Assembly (NCBI RefSeq): GCF_947568905.1
Contig: NC_079166.1
Coordinates: 75,268,001 to 75,332,000 of the forward strand
From: Ostrea edulis
Taxonomy: Eukaryota
DNA: 64,000 nt
Reading direction: 5' to 3'
A program made the position numbers and the translations under genes. The notes beneath the pieces were generated by a model. It did no database searches. It was not told where the DNA came from and saw only the letters and a program-made list of their open reading frames with translations. Of this stretch, positions 39,101-50,358 are shown one piece after another. Positions within the stretch are counted from its first letter, which is position 1; each line of letters opens with the position of its first letter.

Positions 39101-42100
39101 GTACATCTAGCATCATCATGATCATATACATTCCAGAACAAATGCTATACTATGTTTAATTCATTATGATTATATAGCAAGTAGGATATGTAAAATATGT
39201 TGCCTGGGCTATAATCTTTCAAAATATCCTGTAACTGAAGAAGTAGAACAGGTAGCTAATACAGAAAAATAATGTCGAATGTAAATATTCTGTGTCGTAT
39301 AAAACGAGATTTTCTTAATAGATAGAATTACATTTGAATGAAAAGAATTTCAATATGTATCTCCTTTTTTATCAATGCTTACATGTATGTGTCACCGCTA
39401 AAACTAAGTCTGTGACCTTTAAATCTGCATTTAAAGGGCAAATATCTCTTTCTGATCATGCAAAATAAAAAAAAAATGTGGATGGTATATGAAAACTTGA
39501 TAATGAATTATCTTCCATCCATAAATGCCAAATATCAAAACATTGTGTCTGTTGCACTTGTAAGTCCAACATTAAGGTGGTACAATATACAATTTGGTGG
39601 GAGTTTTCATGCCATGTGCCTTGGGGAATAGCTGGTGACACATGAACATCTTATCACGTCTACAGTGTTCGAAATTGGTTTAAAACTTGGTAAAGACCAC
39701 GGGTCTATGCCAAAACAAGATGACATAGACTTTATTGTATTGGCATAGACCACAACATTGAAAAAAAATAACACAAAATTAATTTAAAACATTGTTATCT
39801 ACTTATAATGTACTTAGAAAGCATATTTTCTTTCTATTTCCATAACAACATCCTCCTTTCCTCATAACATTTATCAGACGACGACTGACCAGGGTATTTG
39901 GGATAACTTTATGTTGATCAGACGTCGACGTTTGGGATAATTCTATTGCTTTAAACCTAGAAAAACGGTATAGAAAATTTGGTCCATCTCAATCACAATA
40001 CAATTGGCATAGACTAGTGTCATCTGACCTAGACTCAGTCTATCAATCTATGGTTAATTTCGAACACTGCGTCAAATGAACTTGTTACTTAATACTTATG
40101 CATATTCATGAACTTCTACTTAATACTTACGCATATTCATGAACTTCTGTTCTGGAGTGTTGTATACCGTGGAGTACTTGCTCTGGCGATTACTTTGCCC
40201 AAACACAAAGTTGTTGTTAATACTGGACATTGGACCACTAAAATCAACAAAACACATCATGTCACCATACTAGACTTAATCACTAGAGACTCTGATAGAC
40301 ATCATATTACTATACCAGACATATTCACTAGAGACTCTCAGAGACATCATGTCACTAGACATTCACTAGAGTCTCTCAAAGACATCTTTTACTATACTAG
40401 ACATATTCACTAGAGACTCTTAGAGACACCGTGTCACTATACTACAGGGCTTGAAGCTAACTTTTTATGTCACCAGTCCAGCCAGACTGATGGGGTATAA
40501 TTTCAACCAGTCCGCAGAAAAATTTACCAGTCCAACAGAGTTTTCCAGAAATAATTAAACATATTTAATTTCGTTAATGTTATCAAAATGAAATTTAGCT
40601 CAATATGTCTCAGACAATATTGTAACACTTAAATGTGGGATTTATATTTACGAATCAGATTCGTCTGATATCTACAGATCAAAGCATGCCAAATGTGTGT
40701 ATAAGATTTCATAAGTATATGCTTTAGAAAATTAACCAGTCCCACCGGACTGACTAAAACAAATGTCAGTCAGTCCGCCAGACTTTTAACCAGTCACAGA
40801 CTGACGGGCATATGTTAATTTCGAGCCCTGTACTAGATGTATTCACTAGAGACTCTCAAAGACATTGTGTCACTATACTAGACTTATTCACTGAAGGTTC
40901 TCAGATAAAACATAATTAAAACATGTTTCATGGAGATCATTTCTTTAACACAATCTTTTCATATATATATAGAATGAACAATTTTAGACTAAATCTACAC
41001 CTGAACTTTTACCTGTTTTGTAATTTGGTCATGGACTGACTTGTCTGGTTCTGGGAGATTCTCTGACCTCCAATAGCAGATATCATGTTCCTAAAAATAA
41101 AAACAATGACATAGAAATACAACATCAGAAATATATGAATCATTAATGTAATAACATACAGTGTAAATATAACAGCATTACATTATTATTGCAATCGACT
41201 GACATTATCTTACTATTGAAATTAACTGACATTATCTTACTATTGAAATTAACTGACATTATCGTACTATTGAAATTAACTGATAATATTAACTGACATT
41301 ATCGTACTATTGAAATTAACTGATAATATTAACTGACATTATCGAACTATTGAAATTAACTGACATTATCGTACTATTGAAATTAACTGACCTTACCCTG
41401 CTATAGTAATTAATTGACCTAATTGCCTTACTAGATTATTTGGACCTTACCTTACTATTTAGATTAACTGATATTACAACATTATTGTAATTAACTGATA
41501 TTATGACATTATTGTAATTGACTGACATTACCTTATTGTAATTGACTGTGATGTTACAACATTATTGTAATTGACTGACAATACCTTATCTATTGCAATA
41601 GACTGACATTACATTAATGTAATTAACTGATATTACATTATTGTAATCGACTGATGTTACCTTATTCTGATTGACTGGATTACATTATTCTGATTGACTG
41701 GCATTACATTATTCTGATTGACTGGCATTACATTATTCTGATTGACTGGCATTACCTGCTAGGTGAGGGCTGTTGTTGGGGTTGCTGTAGGTTATAGGGA
41801 AGGTTCATACTTGTGGGTGTGGAGTTATTTCCCCTGAACTGGGGCCCAGACACAGCCCCTCTCTGAGGCAGGGCTGCAAAGTTTCCTGCCAAACTCGCAT
41901 TTGTTCCAAGTCCCGAACTTCCGCCTATCACGGCAACATAAAGACTAACATTGTCATAAAGCAGAATATGACCTAATGCTCTTTGCTTCCAATTGATATA
42001 TTTTGAATTCATTCATAATTCTTCATTCATTTAATTCTTTGCATGATTATGCATATCAACATGAGAAGTTACTTCCCTTACATTGTAATTTTCTTCATAA

Positions 42101-45100
42101 CTTAAGCAATACAATTTCCCACATTTTTAAGCAATATCAACATGATCAAAGATTAGCTTGAAGACGAAGAAAATGATTCCTAAGTATATTAATTGTAATT
42201 TGACCTTGTGAGTAAAAGTTGGATACTCCAAATGTCGAGAGTTGTGAGGGAGACTGTGACATCATCTATGTAGAAAAAGTGTTCATTCAGCATCAGAAAA
42301 AAATCTAATTGTAGATGTTTTAAATCTAACAAAAAAGGTTCTCTGAAGTTTTCAATATTTTAAATCATAATGTAAATGCTCTCCAAGAGATATCAATACA
42401 TCAACTTACTGCTGTGGAGAATACACTGGGTATGTATCATAATGCACTGAATATGATCCCCTTCATTTCAAATTCCAAATGCAAAACAGGAATCTTAGAA
42501 AAACTCTAGACACTTATAAACTTACGTCTCTATCTGGTCGAAACACTTTGGCAGAATTTGACATGGCACCCTGTCCAAGATCTAGTTCACTGTCATCTTC
42601 TAAGTTCAGAGAAAGAATCTACAAGAATTCATGGAAAAAGGCCTTCATTTTGTGCCATTACCTGGAATATTCAGAAAATTTTAAAGACGTCTAATCTCTT
42701 TTATGATAGAATAAAGTTGTGATATTTTACATTTTGTTTTGTGATAGAATAAAGTTGTGATATTTTACATTTTGTTTTGTGATAGAATAAAGTTGTGATA
42801 TTTTACATTTTGTTTTGTGATAGAATAAAGTTGTGATATTTTACATTTTGTTTTGTGATAGAATAAAGTTGTGATATTTTACGTTTTGTTTTGTGATAGA
42901 ATAAAGTTGTGATACTTTACGTTTTGTTTTGTGATAGAATAAAGTTGTGATACTTTACATTTTGTTTTGTGATAGAATAAAGTTGTGATATTTTACATTT
43001 TGTTTTGTGATAGAATAAAGTTGTGATATTTTACATTTTGTTTTGTGATAGAATAAAGTTGTGATATTTTACATTTTGTTTTGGCGGCCCAGGGGGCATC
43101 TGCTGACCCAGAATCTTTCTCGACCCAGGGGATAATTCCCCCGTCCCCTTTCGGCCCAAGCCGTATCTGAAATATACAGAGATAAGTCATTACATATCCA
43201 GTACTAATTATTGCTTTCTAGACTAATGTTTTCTTTATACTCAGCAGATATTGCCTGGGTTAACTTTTCTTAAAAGTAGGTCAAACTCCAAGGTCAGGGT
43301 AACAAAGTCAAAAGAGAGGTTTTGTCAAAGGGAATGCACATATGAAATACTTGAGTCCTAACCTTCACAATATAAAAATTATGAGGTTAAAGTTTTGGTC
43401 AGAATGAACAATATGACCCCCCCCCCCCCCTTAGATCTCGGGAGCATAATATTAAGGGTGGTATTTCTCTGCATATACCATCTTCATGTATATCCGAATT
43501 TTCTTCCTTTTGAATCCAAAGCAGGTTATTTCGTATACTTATATGTGGGAATGAATTCCTGTTTCAACTGGTAGCACAATAATTGACTATGGTGGGTATC
43601 CTTACAGTTACCCAGTCACCCTCTCCTGACTGCTAGTGATCCCAGTAATAGAAGAGCGGGGAAAAGACGTTTGGACTAATGAGATCTGGATTTCTGTACA
43701 TTAGTACTCAAGATGCATACAAAAAATATGGTTTGTTTTTTTCAATTCGTGTAATCTTTGCTAGGTATGCATGCCTGTAACAAGTCAACTTACACCACAC
43801 AAAAATAATGGGCTATAGTTGAGAATATGTCCAGCTTCAAGTTAAATGCAAACAGAACGACCAAAAACAATATCCCCATGATGCATGTGTTCGGTACCAG
43901 CATAAAACTGCCAGACATGTGCATAATCGTAGTTTTCTTTGGAGTTGTATAAATTTAAAGTACAATTAATATATTTAACTTCGCTAATTCTTGTAAATAG
44001 TTTTAACACATACATGTATGGGTAAATTAGCAATACAAAGGTTTTTATCAATGATTTCAGACATGTCAGATTCACTATAACTACATTGGCTCTTGGTGGT
44101 GACTAGCCCGTGATAAATACTGTCACTAAAATATTGTAGGGAAAATCTAAATCTTAATAGTAAAACTAGAACTATAACCAGCTGGTAACAGGTACTTTTG
44201 AATTTCAATGGTGATGAAAGTCTTTAGACTACAAAATAACAGTATAATTCATGTACCATATCACTGCATTAAAATCAAGTCTCCCTATTTTCATTTGTTT
44301 TCTTTTTCAAAAACATCATCTTAGATGATCTTTAAGGAGGTGTGCTACACCAGAGAAATTTGATGTAGATGAAAAGTGGAAGATATGTACAAAAATATTT
44401 TGAAGTTGAAAATTTTCAAATTTACTTTATTTTGTCAAAAAATACAGTTTTATTAGAAGGTAATCTGAAAAGAATTTAAAACCCCTGCTGTACCCGAACC
44501 TGCGACCTACAGTTCAGTAGTCGGTATTCTAACCTACTGAGCTACTCGACTAGGTATCTAAATGGAAAAGGAAAAGTAAAATATTGCTGATATCGATTTT
44601 TTCACCCATGTTTTTAAAGGAAGTCAGCCATTATGACGATGTAGAGTACTACCTTAATCAAAACTGTAAATCATCTGAAATTTATACTACTTTATACATG
44701 CACATGATATCTTATGCCTATAAACACGATAGATGTTTGATACGATGAAATCAAATGCGAACTTTGAATCTTATTCTTTGAAACAAATCTGCAAAACTTA
44801 AATAGATGAAATTGTTTTTGTTGTGCATCAGTGACATAGTACTAATATGGACATTTGGTTGCTTTTTAAGTTAGATTAAAATGAAAAGACCCCAGTAATA
44901 AAATGAGTCATGTACATTCTGATAGAAAACAAACAAAAAAGGGGGTCCTCCTTATGCAGTGGCGTAGCTTCCATTGAGGCAACCGAGGCAGCTGCCTCGG
45001 TAAAAAAACCACCTTTTACGTTGTTAAAATGTCAATAGCTTCTGGGGGACACAGCCCCCCAGACCCCCTTGCCTCGGTAATATTCGAACCCAAGCTACAA

Positions 45101-48100
45101 CTATGTTTTGGAATGTAGGCAATCAGTAAATAAGTTTTTTTCTATAAAATTTGTGGTGACCTTGACCTTTTGACCCTAAAATCAATAGGGTGCTTCATAA
45201 CTTCATAACACTTGATAACAATGCTATATCAAATCAATTTAGCAAAACCGTCATCTGTTAAGTATCAACAAGTGTTTTCAATGCAGTCCTGTAGTGACCT
45301 TGACCTTTTGAACCCAAAAATCAATATAGGTCTTCCTTTCTTGATAAATGAAGCAGGAAATCAATGGAGCAAAAACTGTGGCCTGTAGAGTGTCTGCAAG
45401 CTCAGTGTGACACTTAAACATACTCATACAATCATGCACAAACTGGCCCAATATTATATATCCCCTTTCATAATGAAACTTTTGAATTGGACACTACGTA
45501 ATGCTAGGTTACAAGAAGTTGGTGTAAGATACATGTATGATTATATATCACAAAAGATAGTCGAATCTTGCTTTTACATCCAAGTCTGGTTTTGCTGCAA
45601 TCAAACATGGTGCAAATGAAATAAAACAATAGATACAAATGCACATAACATAAATACATGTATACTATACACATTTGGGTAAACATGATACAAATGTAAC
45701 ATGAACAACAACAAATCAACTGGATCAGACATTAACCAACAGACCAAAAAAAAAAAAAGGACTGAATTTAAGGGATTGACAAGGTATGAATAAAAGAATG
45801 CAGACAGCGCAATTCATGACAAGTTAAGGTCTGATGAGCAGGATTTCATTCCCTTGCAAAAACCATTCAATGAAAGATGACACAAATGCCATTCTGCATG
45901 CAATGAAAATGAACATGATGAGGTCATGCTTCACTGGATAAAAGCTCGATTCTCTTGCCTAAATCCAAGTTTGAAATTGTCACAGATTCTAATAGTGTTT
46001 ATAAACTTTTTGATGACCGCATGCATATGCAACTGCTGTGCTTTTAAAGATGTAGAGTAAAATATACTTCACATTTGCATGAATGACTCTTGCAATATCT
46101 AACCTATATTTATATATCAAATGATTTAGCCTTTGCTATCTCTGCAGATTGTATTGATAACCATTTCCTCATAAATACATTGCAGTTTTAAACAATGCGC
46201 GTATGAATGCCAATAAAAATAGTGCATTTATTTTTACGATTGGGATTTCTGACAGAAGCTTCACACAATGTGTTTGAAATACACGACACTATGAACTGCA
46301 GTGCTTCACGCCGGCACGACACTATGAACTGCAGTGCTTCACGCCGGCGTACTTTTCATGAAGCGCCTATGTTGGCATGAAGCTCGCTGTTCGTGTCGTC
46401 ATCCATTTTCAAAAATGAAATATATTTCTTAACTGAAACAAAGCTTTACACATGCACAGAATGTGTGCTATTTGTAGTAGGTGATTCGCATAAAGGGTCC
46501 AGTTTATAAACAAATTGCTGCCAATCTTAAGACAGTTTTCGTTGACCGCAAGTAGTAAAATTTATTTTTTCCATATTCTTGTGAGCACAGTTCCATCATC
46601 TATATATTTGGTGGTCATTTGATGTTAATATGAACATTGAACATGTTAAACATCTGTTGTTAAGCAAGCCTACATTTGATAAAATAGACCAATTAATTAA
46701 TCATTACTCCCCACTGTTTCAATAGTTTCAAAAAGTACTTCACCTAAACTTGCATGGTAAAGTTTTCCTGTAAAGTCAGAGAATAGTCAGACATAATAAA
46801 AAAGTTTAGGAACTTTCAATGTAGTCAAGTATGCTAAAAGGGGCATAAGCTGTCAACTTGGACAAAAACTTTAAAATTCTGAACCGTGATTTAATTTATT
46901 GTTGAAATGTGTTTAAAAATGAAGCGAAATAAATCCGAGAGTGAAAAATAGCGACCTTCAATCGAATTTTATGAATTTTTTTTATAAAATGTCTCCGCAA
47001 TTATTTACTTAAGTACAAAAATGCTTCTACCATTCTTTTTTTAATTAAATAAAAAGAAAGAAATTCTAACATAAAAATTACAACAAAAGATTACATTCAA
47101 GATGTTACATTTGAAATTAAAAATTTCTAATATGGCATAGGTGATTTTTATGTACTGCAAAGCTGTTTTAGTCAGTTTGGTAATGATTTGATAACATGTA
47201 CAGGTACACAGCATCATCTCCTAACTTGTTTTAGTTAAAAAACACAAATTACAGGTTTAAACTTCTTCACAACATCATTAAATTGAATTAAAAATATCCT
47301 TAAAAAACATTGTTAATTTTAACATCATTTCATGAACTTTAGAGTTGGTCATTTTTAGGTTTTACAGGCCTCATGTATATTTCAGTAAGAAACAGTTTAT
47401 TCAAAAACTTACACTTAATGCATTAAGACTTGATACTTGCTACAAACAAACCTTATTTTCCAAAAACGATGAAAATGAATTTCAAAGTTATGTTACCCTG
47501 CATAAGGAAAATGAATACATTTCACCACTTGGGATTTCATTCTTGACCAAAATTTCTCAATTATGTCCAATACCATTGGAAAACGTTTAGAGAGTTTCAC
47601 ACACATAGGGAGGGGCAATATATCACAATTTCTGAACATCATAACAATTATACAAGTTCCTAATATTTCAGGAATTTAATAGTTAATATACTAATTACAA
47701 CCAAAATAAGCCAATAAAACGATACATCAACCCATCTATCCAACTATTTGTTTGTAGCAATTTTCCTTACAGCATATTACGTTCCAGTAACTAACATGTG
47801 AAAAGGTTAATGGGACATTGTAAGAAGCTGGGCCACCTGTGTAACTGTGACAGAATCAAACTGAACGGGCTGAATGTACTCACTGTGTGTTCCAAGATAA
47901 TTGGTCGGTCATAAACCTTCTAAATAAACCAGAATATCATTACTGCAGAGTCTGGATTTGTTGGAGAATTTGAGACACCATTCTTTAAAAGCCTTTGATA
48001 TTTCATACAAATATTAGTAAGATGTGTTCATGTCAGTCAGTTTAAGCCTCAAAAATAGTTCACACCTGATGAAAAATAAAGTCTTGTTTTCCAGAAACAC

Positions 48101-48605
48101 AAAATGTGATCCTCTCTGTATTCAAAGAATTGAATAAATAGAAGTGTAGAGTAGGTAAGAAGTATATCATTTTCATGATGCTTGCCGAATACTTAGCTAC
48201 GTAAAATATACAGGGTACTTCTTGGGAGTTTTTTTTTTAATGCATAATCTGGAAATTTTCAATATAGAAATCATTTCTTGAGAATTTACGACACAAAAAA
48301 TTATCTTATAAGGTTATTTAACCCTTTCAGGTAAAGACGGAATATTGTTTTGGGAAAAACAAATTTTAAAATTTATTCATCATGAACATTTGAGAAGGAG
48401 AAAACTGACAAATTAGAAGTATGACTATGATATTCAGTTATAATTTAATAATTAAAATGATTCAATTGATAAAAAATTTATATACATATATATTTCATTA
48501 ATATGATTATTCTGGAAAAAGAAGTACTTACTGTCCTATGCCAGAGGACATGCTGTTATTTTCCAGGGGATTACGAAAAGCCATGTTGTGGTCCTCTGGT
48601 ATCAT
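23913..48605 (-). CDS. CNOT2: CCR4-NOT transcription complex subunit 2, 16 coding exons, 520 aa
   Basis: Manual splice assembly: 48605-48532, 43166-43108, 42599-42526, 42265-42205, 41924-41756, 41090-41013, 40237-40131, 39033-38929, 38836-38750, 38486-38446, 36423-36315, 35014-34855, [34299-34238 or 31443-31382], 27171-27122, 24469-24369, 24138-23913. Total 1563 nt, all GT-AG, phases consistent. Diagnostic motifs: LDLSEFPTL, QEDFPALPG, MVTDQFG..GLLTFIR, DLTTLGLNLNSP, C-terminal NOT-box RDWRYHKEERVWITR..ERGTYYFFD..WR.VAKEFHLEYDKLE. Confidence 0.93.
24369..24469 (-). CDS. CNOT2: CNOT2 exon (NOT-box N-terminal half)
   Basis: LAPIKLNRYGEDVLFFLFYMNGNDFIQLAAAAEL; ctttcag and gtaagt boundaries; 101 nt. 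Confidence 0.95.
24566..24707. repeat. 30-bp inverted repeat followed by 40-bp tandem copies of its right arm
   Basis: cgtcgcaaaccacgggttattgtttcattc-tct-gaatgaaacaataactcgtggtttgctacg, then two more copies of the right arm. Confidence 0.85.
25027..25787. repeat. 48-bp minisatellite, about 16 copies, in a CNOT2 intron
   Basis: Unit ctacagaatgtgacttagtggaagactgRacacaagtgacacactagc, highly homogeneous. Confidence 0.97.
26230..26525. repeat. Degenerate tandem repeat of about 65 bp, 4-5 copies
   Basis: Recurring acattagattaa.ttattggggactaa...gaagttacccggggtgtactcgat. Confidence 0.75.
27122..27171 (-). CDS. CNOT2: CNOT2 exon (DYHVPVEYLTNIFLRDK)
   Basis: 50 nt; tcttcag and gtatga boundaries; corresponds to human DFHVPSEYLTNIHIRDK. 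Confidence 0.93.
27735..28919. mobile_element. Non-autonomous Tc1/mariner-pogo-type element
   Basis: TIRs CAGGTAAACTTTGATATCTC and (reverse complement) CAGGTAAACTTCGGTATCTC, TA on both flanks, repeated subterminal ttcgagat motifs. Confidence 0.75.
29642..30261. mobile_element. MITE (GGCCAAAAA..ATGTTGGTTTCC termini) containing another repeat fragment
   Basis: Left ggccaaaaaaaaaaaattatgttggtttcc; right reverse complement ggcccaaaaagaaatatgttggtttcc. Confidence 0.6.
30849..31283. mobile_element. Related MITE (..TAGGTGTGTTT.. termini)
   Basis: Imperfect inverted ends taaggccaaaaaacctaataggtgtgtttcc and cgaaaacacacctactttctttttttcacctaa; internal ccgacc motifs as in 29642-30261. Confidence 0.55.
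31382..31443 (-). CDS. CNOT2: CNOT2 alternative exon B ((E)NLYSTFQSPWADSPCRPQDI(D))
   Basis: 62 nt; acceptor tacttttgcag, donor gtctga; phase 2 in, phase 1 out. Confidence 0.88.
31715..33286 (+). mobile_element. Non-autonomous Helitron/Helentron (HINE-like) with internal tandem monomers of about 120-125 bp
   Basis: Starts aacaagaggcccatggg. Contains repeated aagtaggtcacagtgacctacttttt..gatgcatcaactgacaaagtttg monomers. Ends in a cgcac microsatellite-like run, the hairpin-like cttcagctcagaagagct and A-run. Family assignment from recall. Confidence 0.7.
33500..33806 (-). mobile_element. tRNA-derived SINE
   Basis: Minus strand has A box TAGCACAGTGGTAG and B box GTTCGAGTCC, followed by a non-tRNA body. 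No acceptor stem. Confidence 0.75.
34238..34299 (-). CDS. CNOT2: CNOT2 alternative exon A ((D)NLYSTFQSPWVDSPCRPQDI(D))
   Basis: 62 nt; acceptor taatttttcag, donor gtagat; same phases as exon B. Confidence 0.88.
34855..35014 (-). CDS. CNOT2: CNOT2 exon (GMVSNIPSGMVTDQFG...DLTTLGLNLNSP)
   Basis: 160 nt; ccacag and gtaagt boundaries; strongly conserved CNOT2 motif. Confidence 0.96.
35371..36085 (+). mobile_element. HINE-like Helitron/Helentron derivative with satellite-like monomers
   Basis: aacaaaaggc start, repeated ccccgggg..aaattcacaattttggta monomers, terminal gtcacctgtaagactcgagtgacctaaaaa hairpin. Confidence 0.6.
36315..36423 (-). CDS. CNOT2: CNOT2 exon (PTSVSSSSS...AKRGIQTHADG)
   Basis: 109 nt; phases fit; KRGIQ corresponds to human KKGIQ. 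Confidence 0.9.
36680..37594. mobile_element. PIF/Harbinger-type MITE
   Basis: Termini GGGGTGAGATCA and (reverse complement) GGCGCGAGATCA with TTA on both flanks. The right end recurs at about 22125-22290. Confidence 0.65.
38446..39033 (-). CDS. CNOT2: CNOT2 three exons: 39033-38929, 38836-38750, 38486-38446
   Basis: LFGTDADQPGLDLSEFPTLGNRNLPSTPISSVRNY / VGMVSKPVTETAPEFQIQQEDFPALPGAQ / NPPTSVANDAARKT; all GT-AG and in phase. Confidence 0.9.
39663..40070. mobile_element. MITE with CAGTGTTCGAAATT termini
   Basis: 14-bp perfect TIR (cagtgttcgaaatt / aatttcgaacactg). TSD unclear (cgtcta vs cgtcaa). Confidence 0.65.
40131..43166 (-). CDS. CNOT2: CNOT2 N-terminal exons: 43166-43108, 42599-42526, 42265-42205, 41924-41756, 41090-41013, 40237-40131
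   Basis: QYGLGRKGTGELSPGSRKILE / DDSELDLGQGAMSNSAKVFRPDRD / MMSQSPSQLSTFGVSNFYSQ / GGSSGLG..QQPSPSR / NMISAIGG..LQN / SGPMSSINNN..KFMNM. Echoes human SRKK, RSEKD|MLASPS..LSQFG and PSPSR. The track's frame for 42993-43190 is not the coding frame. Confidence 0.8.
40255..40895. repeat. Degenerate minisatellite (gtcactatactagacatattcactagagactctc) split by a MITE
   Basis: Units visible at 40255-40444 and again at 40831-40895. Confidence 0.8.
40445..40830. mobile_element. MITE with CAGGGCT termini
   Basis: cagggcttgaagctaac and (reverse complement) cagggctcgaaattaac; flanks tacta|...|tacta; internal accagtcc repeats. Confidence 0.75.
41150..41755. repeat. Degenerate aattaactgacattat-type minisatellite ending in 24-bp units at the exon donor
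   Basis: Directly visible. Confidence 0.85.
42702..43082. repeat. 38-bp minisatellite x10
   Basis: Unit tgtgatagaataaagttgtgatattttacattttgttt, nearly invariant. Confidence 0.97.
44336..44653. mobile_element. TTAA-flanked MITE carrying a tRNA-like segment
   Basis: TTAA at 44332-44335 and 44654-44657, imperfect GG..CC TIRs. Minus strand of about 44480-44555 has TAGCTCAGTAGG and GGTTCGGGTAC (A/B-box-like). Confidence 0.5.
48532..48605 (-). CDS. CNOT2: CNOT2 first coding exon (MIPEDHNMAFRNPLENNSMSSGIG)
   Basis: In-frame TAA upstream of the ATG, donor gtaagt, phase 2 fits the next exon. Acceptor ttttcag at 48693 implies further 5'UTR exon(s). Confidence 0.72.
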
Positions 48606-49429
48606 GAAGGCTCGTTAGTGTAATAATTCTCGTTGATGTTGGCTATGGTCGGTCCACAAATCTAATCAAAACCCAGTAACAATGCAGAACAACTGAAAAT
48701 AAATCACAAACTTTTGAAACGATTGATCATTGATGTATATTAATATACGAGGATATCAGAAAACATACATGTCTTGTACCCTTATTGAGTGCTAAACTGC
48801 TTTAACATTGTTTAACCTATCCATATACACTCTAAAAATGGAATAACCTTTTCCCAGTATTTAAGACACTCCCATTCTTTTTTGCTATCATATAAATTCA
48901 TTTATCATCCCTACCCCCAACAGGTCCATCTATACATACTCAACAGAGAGGCATATATTGATAAAAGCAACACTCTCTGATAACTGAATGTATTGAAACA
49001 ACAGCTGGGTTTGGATTTCACATCTACATCTTTTAAATGCTTTAAAAAATTGGTTACACATGTACCTCACAGCTTGTACTTCAAGTGAATTTAAGAAATA
49101 ATTGTTGCCTAAGGGGCACAGACAAGATTTAGGATCCCTGGACCAATTTCCTGATATCAGCTAGTGATAGAAATATATATTTCATAGATAAATGGACCAA
49201 AAATATTTCTACCCATGCAGGCCTGGATTTCTCGAAACAATCTGAAGTCAACACTTGGACTTAATTCTGATTTTACTCAAATTTTGACTTTTCAAATAAA
49301 AGAAAACTCAAACTGAAGTGCGAATTTTTTTTGAGAAATCCAAACCAGGTTACATTTTATATTTACTTAAAACAGGACACCTGAAATCACATTTGTAAAC
49401 ATGGTGTTTGTTTATGTAGACAGTGAAAC

Positions 49430-49514
49430 GAATCAGTCTCTCATCAGAGGGCGAATCAGTCTCTCACCAGAGGGCGAATCAGTCTCTCACCAGAGGGCGT
49501 GTTACGCAAGCTTC
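49430..49514. repeat. 23-bp tandem repeat x3 (gaatcagtctctcaccagagggc)
   Basis: Directly visible. A related sequence occurs in reverse orientation at 60069-60100. Confidence 0.9.
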
Positions 49515-50358
49515 ACTTACACCTCTGTCAACACTTGGAATCACGTGAAAATATAATCACATGAAATAAACAATCATTCTCATTTCCTCTCCCTTTAAAA
49601 GTTCTGGCAACAGGTGATACATCAGGCTCTTTTCATAGCCCATATATATTTACCATTTAGCTGTTTGTCTCCTATTTTACAAGTTTTATTGTATATTTTA
49701 CAGCCTTTCTTACTTTTGATTCCATGTTTACATTTAAATCACCACCACGTGAATGCCCTACATATAGTACGAAGTCGTTCCAAATTTAGGATCAGAAAAC
49801 AGGGATATTAAACAATTAACAGTTGAGCATTAATTTAACTGCACCAAAAGCATTTCATAATATGACTAAATATTTAGTTTAAAACATAAATCATAAAATG
49901 TTGGATCTTAGAAAAACATAAATGTTGGATCTTAGAAACTTTTACTAGATTTCTGTGAAAAGCTGTTAACAGAGGTGTAGTGCGAGTAGCACACGACACT
50001 GTGTAGAGAATGTGAGACAAATGTGCACACACTTCATTGGATTGTGAACAAATATTTCTCATCATCCAAGAAACCACACGTGTTGACAGGTAAAAACACT
50101 AAAGTTTCTGAAAAGTGTGTCAAAAGCATTCAACATTTTGACATAGGATAATAATAACGAGGCCCCATATACAAAGAAAAACAATAAATGAAAAGGGTTT
50201 GACATTTACTTTCTTTTTTAGCACGAGACCAGTCGGGCTACTTCAAATGACTTTTCCTAGACTGCCCTTACATTGACAAACCATGATTTTAGAGAGAAAA
50301 AAAAATATTGATATGTTACTTTTCTAATGTCAGACATGAAGCCCAGCTACTACTGAAC

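Noticed and set aside
39590-39632. AG/GT-bounded candidate extra CNOT2 exon
   Set aside because: Phase does not fit the flanking phase-1 intron and there is no CNOT2 similarity.
42600-42618. Upstream alternative acceptor (cttgtag) for the DDSELDL exon
   Set aside because: It would need a phase-0 donor. The preceding exon ends in phase 1 in the frame giving SRKILE, so the 42599 acceptor is preferred.
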